This document shows, one piece after another, positions 8,609-15,675 of a DNA stretch of 20,000 nt. Position 1 is the first letter of the stretch. Every line of letters starts with the position of its first letter. The position numbers were made by a program, and so were the translations under genes. The DNA is from an uncultured virus (IMG/VR IMGVR_UViG_3300009507_000015) (lineage: Duplodnaviria; Heunggongvirae; Uroviricota; Caudoviricetes): IMG/VR virus record IMGVR_UViG_3300009507_000015; one strand, given 5' to 3'. Below the pieces are notes generated by a model, which worked only from the letters and a program-made list of their open reading frames with translations, had not been told where the DNA came from and did no database searches.

Positions 8609-8858
8609 AGTCAGAGTATTACTTTTAGAAAAGTTGCATCTCCAGCCTTCAGAGCTGGATTTGCTTCCTTTCTATGAATATGAGTATACATTAGAAATTT
8701 ATAATGATTTACTAAAAGAGCGTAATAAGCAAGAGCAACAAAATACTAAAGACACTCAGGATAAATACAATATGGATGGCTTAAAAAGCCAGGCTTCTAG
8801 TCAAATGAAAGGTATGAAAGCACCAAAGATGCCTTCATTAAAAATGCCTAAATTGTAA
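8523..8858 (+). CDS. gp51-like/tail chaperone second ORF overlapping the upstream gene in the +1 frame; real start unclear, possibly reached by frameshifting
   Basis: 'SLLNFFK...LQPSELDLLPFYEYEY' resembles the small 'SLENYY...ELENMMPWERE' protein that follows gp26 in T4-like phages. No ATG precedes this conserved core. Confidence 0.65.
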   Translation: MRRSPFRSRFPAVSRLCSLFQISLLNFFKVRVLLLEKLHLQPSELDLLPFYEYEYTLEIYNDLLKERNKQEQQNTKDTQDKYNMDGLKSQASSQMKGMKAPKMPSLKMPKL

Positions 8859-8872
8859 AAAATAAACCTTAA

Positions 8873-11848
8873 ATGGCTGCCGTAACTTTAAAAGATTTAA
8901 TGGACCCTCTAAAGAAAATAGAGGCTGCCGCCAATGAAACCAATGAAAAGTTAGATGCTCTTATTGCAGTCTCTACTGGTGGTAATGATGGTGGTGGATC
9001 AATGGCCATTATAAGTGAATTACAAACTCAAACTCTATTGCTTCAACAAATAGCGGCAAGTTCCGCTGATGAGGCGGAGTATTCCAGTAGAAATTTAAGC
9101 AATTTTATTTTTACTCGTTTGCACAGAAAGAAACTATTATCAGCACTAAAAGAAAAAAATGAAGAAGATGCTGCAGGTGGCGGTGCTCCTGCAGGTGGTG
9201 GAGGTGGTAAACTAGCTGATTTAAAAGCATTAGGTATAGGATCTATTAAAACTGCAATGGGAATGATTCTTTGGGCAGTTGTACCTAAGAAAGGTGTAGA
9301 GAAATTTGCCAATTTTATTGAAACCACATTTACTAAATTAGCAGAACAAGATTCCAAAAAAGTTAAAGAAGGTATTGAGTCATTAGATATGATGGGTGGT
9401 GCAATATTTAAATTTGCAAAAAGTTTAGCATTAGCCACACCACTTTTATTAATCGGTGCATTAGGAATTCCTATTTTATACTTAACTACTATATTGGTTA
9501 CTCCATTATTTCTTTTACTAGGAATGGCGGAAAAACAAATTAAAGGTGGTGGAGAAGCTATGGCTGATATGGGTATGGGATTGGTCAAATTTGCAGCCGG
9601 TTTAGCGCTCTTTGCTTTAGTATCTTATTTTGTTATGCAAGGCGGACTGCCTCTAATGATGACTATGGCTGGATCTATAATATTAATAGGTGGTGCCGTA
9701 GCTCTTTTAGGTTTAGTTGATAAACAAGTTAAGAAAGGTTCTGTTGCTTTAGCTATGATGGGTATTGGTTTAGCAGTATTTGGTTTAGGATATGCAGCCT
9801 ATGCAGGATTAATTGCATTAACAGCTCCAACATTAGGTGATATAGCATTACAAGCAGGAATATTAGTAGGGCTAGGAATAGCAACTGCTTTATTAGGATT
9901 TGCATTTTCTTTTATAATACAAGGTGCACTTTCAATGGTTGCCATGGGTGTTGGTTTATTAGTCTTTGGTTTAGGATATATTCCATTTGCTCATGCTACT
10001 AAAGATACTACAATGGAAGATGTTGGGGTACAGGGTGCATTATTATTAATGTTAGGTTTAGAATTTGCAGCAGCAGGATTAGGCGCATTATTTATTATAC
10101 CAGGAGCTCTAGCGTTTGCAGCAATCGGTGGTGCACTGTTATTATTAGCACCGGGATTAGCAGCTATTCAAAAAGTTAACTTTACAGAAAAAGATGCTGT
10201 TAAACTAACAACAACATTAGCTGGTGTAAAAACGGCATTTATAGGGCCTCCTAAAGGTGGAGGAATAAAAGGAATATTTGCAAGCATAGGTGGCGCAATA
10301 AGCGGTGGAGCAGATGCTGTTGCTATGGTATCAGCTGCCGCAGGTTTTGCAGCAGCAGGTAAAGCATTAAGTTTATTATCAGTAGGATTAAAAGATTATC
10401 AAAAACTAGATTGGACTGATGAAGAAAGTGTACAATTAGCTGGAGTTTTATCTGGTATTAGTACAGCCTTTGCACAAGCAGGTGGAGAAGCTGCAACCCC
10501 AACAGGTTTATTTGGAGCTGTATTTGGAAATGCGTTTAGTCCTAATGCAACTAAGAAAGGAATAGATTCTGTAATGGGTGCAGGTAAAGCATTAACTAGT
10601 ATAGCAGTAGGTTTAACAGAATTTCAAAAATTAGTAGATAGTCAAGTAGATTTTGTTGTATTAGGAGATGCAATATCTAAAACAGTTGGATTCATACAAA
10701 GAGCATTTGCTGCCGTAGCCGAGGAAGGTAATGTAGATGCAGGTGGATTCTTTGGATCATTATTTGGAATTAAAAAGAATAAAGTAGCAGAAGGATTATC
10801 TTCGGTGCAAGGTGCAGGTACTGCCTTAAAAGATATTGCAATTGGTTTAACTGAATTTCAAAAATTAGTTGAATCTAAAGTAGATTTTGATGCAGTTGGT
10901 GCAGCTATATCTAAATCAGTTGGTTTTGTACAAGAAGCGTTTGCAGCTGTTGCCGATCAAGGTAATGTACAGGCTGGTGGTTTTTGGGGAAGCCTACTTG
11001 GAATTAAAAAGAATAAAGTAGCAGAAGGTGTTGAATCAGTACAGGGTGCAGGTGCAGAATTAAGAAATATTGCAGAAGCCTTATCTACATTTTCAGGTAT
11101 TGAAGATCCTGAAGCTGTTGCTATGAAAATTAAAACAACATTAGGTTTAGTTGGTTCTGCTTTTGCTTCTATTGGTGGAGCAGAAAATGAAGAATCGGAT
11201 TCTTGGTTATTTTTTAGTTGGGATGAAAATAAAATACAAAAAGGTATTGAGGCTGTTGATGGTGCAGGTTCTGCATTAACAGATATTGCAGAAGGCCTTA
11301 AAGCTTTCAGTGGAGATTTTCAACCGGAAGCGGTTGCAGCATCGGTAGGTAAATTATTAACTTCTATAGGAACTGCGTTCAGTGATCTTTATGCAGCTAA
11401 TCCTGAAATGTCTCAAGAACTAGATGATTTTAAATCCTTTATAGTAACTTTAGGGGATGTTGCAGAAAAAGGCCAATTAGATAAAGCTGCTGAAGGTATT
11501 TCTAAAATTGCAGATTCAATTAATAAAATAGATATTGACAAGGCAGTATCATTTGGTAATTTATTTGATAGCGCATCTAACCTATCATCTGATAGAGGAG
11601 CTTATAGGGCATTAGCTAGAGCAGTTGAAGATATTAGGGATATGATGGAAGCTGGTGGAGACAGTCCTAACATATTAGAAAGAATAACTGGAACAGGTGG
11701 AGATTCTAAGAAATCTTCGTCTAGTAGTGGTGGATCTTCGGAACTTAAGAAGACTCTAAACTCTTTAAATAGAACTATTGGATCATTACCTCAAAACATA
11801 TCAACTGCAATCCAAACAGTTGAAATATCCGTATCAGGCCCAGCATAA
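8873..11848 (+). CDS. Tape measure protein-like (Ala/Gly-rich, hydrophobic segments, internal repeats)
   Basis: 991 aa, follows the tail chaperone pair, has an N-terminal coiled coil, a hydrophobic repeat region and roughly 78-aa amphipathic repeats. Confidence 0.75.
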   Translation: MAAVTLKDLMDPLKKIEAAANETNEKLDALIAVSTGGNDGGGSMAIISELQTQTLLLQQIAASSADEAEYSSRNLSNFIFTRLHRKKLLSALKEKNEEDAAGGGAPAGGGGGKLADLKALGIGSIKTAMGMILWAVVPKKGVEKFANFIETTFTKLAEQDSKKVKEGIESLDMMGGAIFKFAKSLALATPLLLIGALGIPILYLTTILVTPLFLLLGMAEKQIKGGGEAMADMGMGLVKFAAGLALFALVSYFVMQGGLPLMMTMAGSIILIGGAVALLGLVDKQVKKGSVALAMMGIGLAVFGLGYAAYAGLIALTAPTLGDIALQAGILVGLGIATALLGFAFSFIIQGALSMVAMGVGLLVFGLGYIPFAHATKDTTMEDVGVQGALLLMLGLEFAAAGLGALFIIPGALAFAAIGGALLLLAPGLAAIQKVNFTEKDAVKLTTTLAGVKTAFIGPPKGGGIKGIFASIGGAISGGADAVAMVSAAAGFAAAGKALSLLSVGLKDYQKLDWTDEESVQLAGVLSGISTAFAQAGGEAATPTGLFGAVFGNAFSPNATKKGIDSVMGAGKALTSIAVGLTEFQKLVDSQVDFVVLGDAISKTVGFIQRAFAAVAEEGNVDAGGFFGSLFGIKKNKVAEGLSSVQGAGTALKDIAIGLTEFQKLVESKVDFDAVGAAISKSVGFVQEAFAAVADQGNVQAGGFWGSLLGIKKNKVAEGVESVQGAGAELRNIAEALSTFSGIEDPEAVAMKIKTTLGLVGSAFASIGGAENEESDSWLFFSWDENKIQKGIEAVDGAGSALTDIAEGLKAFSGDFQPEAVAASVGKLLTSIGTAFSDLYAANPEMSQELDDFKSFIVTLGDVAEKGQLDKAAEGISKIADSINKIDIDKAVSFGNLFDSASNLSSDRGAYRALARAVEDIRDMMEAGGDSPNILERITGTGGDSKKSSSSSGGSSELKKTLNSLNRTIGSLPQNISTAIQTVEISVSGPA
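10610..11077 (+). repeat. Tandem 234-nt (78-aa) intragenic duplication
   Basis: GLTEFQKLV starts at 10610 and 10844. A 31-nt exact match TTGGAATTAAAAAGAATAAAGTAGCAGAAGG occurs at 10764-10794 and 10998-11028. Confidence 0.9.
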
Positions 11849-11866
11849 AAACATTCTATTTTCTTA

Positions 11867-11894
11867 AAACTATCTTTAATTTTAGCTATATAAT
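11867..11894 (+). promoter_or_regulatory. Candidate pre-replicative promoter AAAC-N17-ATATAA
   Basis: Same architecture upstream of the topoisomerase gene (13763-13789) and the 17057 cluster (17014-17039). Confidence 0.45.
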
Positions 11895-11925
11895 ATTTAT
11901 AACAGTTAAAGTTAATTAGAATAGT

Positions 11926-12729
11926 ATGAAGAAAAATATAGTTTGGTTTGATTTAGAAACCACAGGAATCAGCACAACAGCTGACCGCATAATTGAGATC
12001 TGTATGATTAAAACAGATTTTGATGGCAATGAGATTGAAACTTACAATCAATTAGTAAATCCAGGAAATGTAGCAATGAGAGCCGAAGCTGAAGAAAAGC
12101 ATGGCATATCTTTAGAGATGTTAAAGGATAAACCAACCTTTGAAATGGTAGCATCTGAAATCAATGACTTTATTGGTGATAGTGACTTAGGAGGGTATAA
12201 TGCCTTATTCTTTGATGTTCCTTTCTTATGTGAGGAGTTTATGAGATGTGGTATAGTATTTAATCACAGAGGTAGAGCTGTAATGGATCCATTCCTTATT
12301 TACAGTAACTATGAAAAAAGAGATCTAACAAATACTTATAAAAAATTCACAGGTAAAGATTTAGAAGGTGCACATAGAGCTGAAGCAGATGTTAGAGCTA
12401 CTATGGAAATATTTCAAAAACAGAGAGAAGTGTATGATATGCCACAAACTGCTGAAGAAATTGATAAGGTTGTAAATACTCGTAGAGCAGATCAAGTTGA
12501 TTTAGGAGGTAAGCTAAAATTTGATGAAATAAATGGAAAGAGAACAATCGTATTTAATTTTGGAAAGAATAAAGGTAAACCTTTTAAAGAAGTATTTGAA
12601 ATGGATGGAAGGTACATTGATTGGATTATAGATAAAGGAGAATTCTCAACAGAGTTAAAAGTTATTTGTAAAAAATTAGTTGCAAAGTTTAAAGCTGAAC
12701 AAAATAAAAATATAGAAATGCCATACTAA
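11926..12729 (+). CDS. DEDDh 3'-5' exonuclease (DNA Pol III epsilon/DnaQ-like) with C-terminal FGK(Y/H/N)KG domain
   Basis: ExoI 'FDLETTG', ExoII 'GYNALFFD', ExoIII 'AHRAEADV'; C-terminal 'FNFGKNKGK...YIDWI'. Confidence 0.93.
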   Translation: MKKNIVWFDLETTGISTTADRIIEICMIKTDFDGNEIETYNQLVNPGNVAMRAEAEEKHGISLEMLKDKPTFEMVASEINDFIGDSDLGGYNALFFDVPFLCEEFMRCGIVFNHRGRAVMDPFLIYSNYEKRDLTNTYKKFTGKDLEGAHRAEADVRATMEIFQKQREVYDMPQTAEEIDKVVNTRRADQVDLGGKLKFDEINGKRTIVFNFGKNKGKPFKEVFEMDGRYIDWIIDKGEFSTELKVICKKLVAKFKAEQNKNIEMPY

Positions 12730-12731
12730 AC

Positions 12732-12760
12732 TTTCAGAAAGAGAGAAAGTTTGTTATAAT
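12732..12760 (+). promoter_or_regulatory. Candidate sigma70-like extended -10 promoter overlapped by an inverted repeat
   Basis: TTTCAG (12732-12737), a 17-nt spacer ending in TGT, then TATAAT (12755-12760). Inverted repeat AAACTTTC/GAAAGTTT at 12728-12735/12745-12752. Confidence 0.4.
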
Positions 12761-12786
12761 TATAATATACTAAACATATACATAAG

Positions 12787-13116
12787 ATGATAAAAAGATT
12801 AGAAAATTCCAGTTTACAAGATCATACATTTCATGGTCACTATTTTGAAACCTCTAAGGAAGATTTGGAAAAGGTATGTGGTCCTGTTATGTATAACGAT
12901 GATGATTCTGATGAAGTAACTCAAAATGAATGGGAAATGACAACAGAGGATGGTACAACTTTTACTATTTATGATTATAAAGAATTTAGATCATATGAAG
13001 ATTATGAAAAGATTGAATGGCATATAGGAACAGAAAATAGGTTTGGATCTAAGAAAGCTTACGAAGCAATGTATAGAGCATTTCATTTACATCCTAAAAT
13101 TACTTATAATATATAA
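12787..13116 (+). CDS. Hypothetical phage protein
   Basis: 109-aa acidic ORF with 'EW...FTIYDYK...EWHIG', a pattern seen in small phage proteins. Function unknown. Confidence 0.75.
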   Translation: MIKRLENSSLQDHTFHGHYFETSKEDLEKVCGPVMYNDDDSDEVTQNEWEMTTEDGTTFTIYDYKEFRSYEDYEKIEWHIGTENRFGSKKAYEAMYRAFHLHPKITYNI

Positions 13117-13118
13117 AT

Positions 13119-13129
13119 CGTTCTTTGAA
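13119..13129 (+). promoter_or_regulatory. boxA-like antitermination element
   Basis: CGTTCTTTGAA lies 5 nt before the tmRNA 5' end and resembles rrn boxA (TGCTCTTTAACA; GTTCTTTGA variants). Confidence 0.45.
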
Positions 13130-13134
13130 TTATT

Positions 13135-13478
13135 GGGGGTGACCGGTTTTTGACAATCTGATTGAAATAAAAACTACAGCACCGGGTGATGACCAACATC
13201 AATCTTAGCCGACAACGCTGAGTTAGCAATGGCTGCCTAAGTAGGTAAGTAATGCACATCATGTTATTAGTATGCTTGTAAATAATTAAGATGAAAAACG
13301 AAAGCAGCTACAGGTTAATCAAAGTTCCTTAATACTTGGCAAGTTTTGATTCTCATGGAGTATCTTGTAAAAAACCATTGAGATATTTTTGGAAGTTTAA
13401 AAAAACTTATCCTAAGCTGTAAGAAATGTTTTTATGAATGCTTATTGGACGTGGGTTCGAATCCCACCACCTCCACCA
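13135..13478 (+). ncRNA. ssrA: tmRNA (SsrA), one-piece, 344 nt; predicted tag (A)ADNAELAMAA
   Basis: 5' GGGGGTG pairs with 3' CACCTCC-ACCA, including the G3:U alanine identity pair. T-arm GTGGG-TTCGAAT-CCCAC preceded by GGAC. 5' 'GACCGGTTTTTGACA'. Helix TACAGC/GCTGTA. Tag frame GCC...GCT GCC TAA at 13208-13240. Confidence 0.95.
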
Positions 13479-13482
13479 CAAT

Positions 13483-13556
13483 GGGGAATTAGCTCAGCTG
13501 GCTAGAGCGCCTGCCTTGCACGCAGGAGGTCATCGGTTCGACTCCGATATTCTCCA
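13483..13556 (+). tRNA. tRNA-Ala(TGC); CCA not encoded
   Basis: Acceptor GGGGAAT/ATTCTCC-A with G3:U70, D-arm GCTC/GAGC, anticodon stem CCTGC/GCAGG with TGC at 13517-13519, T-arm ATCGG-TTCGACT-CCGAT. Followed by CAA, not CCA. Confidence 0.98.
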
Positions 13557-13572
13557 CAAAAAAATAAACATT

Positions 13573-13764
13573 ATGAAAAAAGATTATGAATTCGTTATTA
13601 AAGTAATTAGAAATAAAGAAAATAGATTAATACATTATCCAGCTATTAAAAATTTAATAGATATTTGGAAAAATAAATGGAGAGGATCTAAAAAATATAG
13701 TAAAAACATATATGATGTTTATTTACATTCTCTTAAACTTAACCTTAAAAGATCATTTAGGTAA
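13573..13764 (+). CDS. Small basic hypothetical protein (63 aa, MKKDYEF...)
   Basis: Plausible coding 3' part of the listed 13438..13764 ORF. ATG 13573 has an A-rich leader like other genes here, while the upstream part overlaps the tmRNA and tRNA. Confidence 0.6.
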   Translation: MKKDYEFVIKVIRNKENRLIHYPAIKNLIDIWKNKWRGSKKYSKNIYDVYLHSLKLNLKRSFR

Positions 13765-13789
13765 ACAAACTTTAAAACTTACCATATAA
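13763..13789 (+). promoter_or_regulatory. Candidate pre-replicative promoter (GT)AAAC-N17-ATATAA
   Basis: GTAAAC at 13761-13766 and ATATAA at 13784-13789, 11 nt before the topoisomerase ATG. Confidence 0.45.
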
Positions 13790-13800
13790 AAATAAAATAC

Positions 13801-15675
13801 ATGGCAGTAAACATTGAAAAGAAGTACCAGAAATTAACAGATACCGAACATGTATTGTTAAGACCTGGTATGTATGTAGGATCAATTAAGCCACATACTG
13901 AAGAAGTATTTTTACCTACCAAAGGAAAAGATCAATTTCAATTAACTGAAGTAACTTATAATCCAGGATTCTTAAAACTGTTTGATGAAATAGTTTCCAA
14001 TTCAGTTGATGAACATAAAAGAAATTCTAAATTAAATAAAATTAAAATTAATATAGATATGTCTACAGGATTAATATCTATATGGGATAATGGTGGAATA
14101 CCTGTAAAGATTCATAAAGAGTATGATGAATGGGTACCTGAAATGATATTTTCTAATTTAAAAACAGGAAGTAATTTTGATGATACTGAAGATAGAATTG
14201 TTGTAGGTACTAATGGTGTAGGTAGTACACTTACAAATATATTTAGTAAAGAATTTACAATTGAAACTTGTGATGGTAAAAAACAATTTAATCAAACATT
14301 TAGTAATAACATGGCTAATAGAACTAAGCCAAAAATTACTAATAAGAAAACTGCTCATACTCAAATAACTTATTTAACAGATTTTGAAAGATTTGGATTA
14401 AAAGGTATTAATAAGAATCATTATTTAATGATTACTAAAAGGCTTATTGATATTGCTGCATGTAATCCTACTTTAAAGATTTTTCTAAATGATAAACCAA
14501 TTGCATTTAGAACATTTAAAGATTATGCTAGTCGTTATGTAACTCCAGTCTTTTATGAACAATCAGAACATTGGAAAATTGGTATTGGCCATTCTACTAC
14601 AGGATTTAAGGCAATATCATTTGTTAATTCTGTTGAAACAAAAGACGGTGGTACGCATGTTAATAATATAGACTGGCAAATTACATCTTATCTTAGAGAA
14701 AAAATAAAAAGAAAATATAGAGTAGATGTAAAACCTTCTGAGTTAAGACAACATTTATATTTGTTTATTAACTGTACTGTTATTAATCCAGCGTTCTCTT
14801 CTCAAACAAAAGAAAAGTTAATTACAGCTCCAAAGGATTTTGGTACAAGCCATACATTAAGTGAAAAAGTTTTAAGGCAAGTTTTAAATTCTGAAATTAT
14901 ACAATCAGTATTAGATTGGATTGAGAGAAAAAAAGAAGCTGAAGAAAGATCTAAATTAAGAAAGCTAAATAAAGGTTTAGATAAAACCAAAGTATTAAAA
15001 TTAATTGATGCTAAGAAGAGAGGTATTAGAGAAAAATGTACACTTGCTATTTTTGAAGGTGATTCTGCATCATCTGCATTTAGAAGATATAGAGAACCAC
15101 AATATCAAGGAGCATTCCCATTAAGAGGTAAATTTATTAATGTTAGAGAATTATCTGCATCTAAAGTTGTACAGAATAAAGAGGTACAATCAATGATGGC
15201 TGCTATGGGTTTAAAGATCGGACATGAACCTAAAGACTTAAGGTATGGAAAAATATTATTGTATACTGATGCGGATGTAGACGGTAATTCTATTTCAGCT
15301 TTACTAATTAATTTCTTAGGTAAGTACTGGCCAGAATTATTTAGTGAAGGTAGGATATTAAAAGTAGAAACACCTTTAATGGTTGCAAAGAAAGGAAAGG
15401 AATCTTTAAACTTTTATTCTGATGAAGAATACAAAGAATGGGAATCCAAGCAAAGAAATTTAAATTCTTGGTCAATTGAATATAAGAAAGGTTTGGCTGC
15501 ATTAGAGGATGCTGAATATAAGGAGATCATTAGAAGCCCGAGAACCTTTACATTAACAAAAGATAATGAATTTAACAATACATTAGATATCTGGTTTTCT
15601 AAGGATTCTACACCTCGTAAAAGCAAGATACTTGGCCACGAAGTAAAAACTATTAACAAAAAATCATTATTTTAA
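13801..15675 (+). CDS. Type IIA topoisomerase large (ATPase+TOPRIM) subunit, T4 gp39+gp60 equivalent
   Basis: 'EHVLLRPGMYVGS', GHKL 'EIVSNSVDE', 'DNGGIP', 'GTNGVGS', TOPRIM 'EGDSA', 'PLRGK', 'TDADVDG', 'YKKGLA'. Confidence 0.97.
   Translation: MAVNIEKKYQKLTDTEHVLLRPGMYVGSIKPHTEEVFLPTKGKDQFQLTEVTYNPGFLKLFDEIVSNSVDEHKRNSKLNKIKINIDMSTGLISIWDNGGIPVKIHKEYDEWVPEMIFSNLKTGSNFDDTEDRIVVGTNGVGSTLTNIFSKEFTIETCDGKKQFNQTFSNNMANRTKPKITNKKTAHTQITYLTDFERFGLKGINKNHYLMITKRLIDIAACNPTLKIFLNDKPIAFRTFKDYASRYVTPVFYEQSEHWKIGIGHSTTGFKAISFVNSVETKDGGTHVNNIDWQITSYLREKIKRKYRVDVKPSELRQHLYLFINCTVINPAFSSQTKEKLITAPKDFGTSHTLSEKVLRQVLNSEIIQSVLDWIERKKEAEERSKLRKLNKGLDKTKVLKLIDAKKRGIREKCTLAIFEGDSASSAFRRYREPQYQGAFPLRGKFINVRELSASKVVQNKEVQSMMAAMGLKIGHEPKDLRYGKILLYTDADVDGNSISALLINFLGKYWPELFSEGRILKVETPLMVAKKGKESLNFYSDEEYKEWESKQRNLNSWSIEYKKGLAALEDAEYKEIIRSPRTFTLTKDNEFNNTLDIWFSKDSTPRKSKILGHEVKTINKKSLF

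Noticed and set aside
10764..11028. 31-nt exact repeat as a CRISPR repeat or DGR template/variable pair
   Set aside because: Only two copies, in frame 234 nt apart inside a coding duplication, and no cas or reverse transcriptase gene is present.
13140..13440. Apparent 300-nt intergenic gap as novel ncRNA or replication origin
   Set aside because: Fully explained by the tmRNA body.
13438..13572. 5' part of the listed 108-aa ORF
   Set aside because: It is a read-through of the tmRNA 3' end and tRNA-Ala. The plausible gene starts at ATG 13573.
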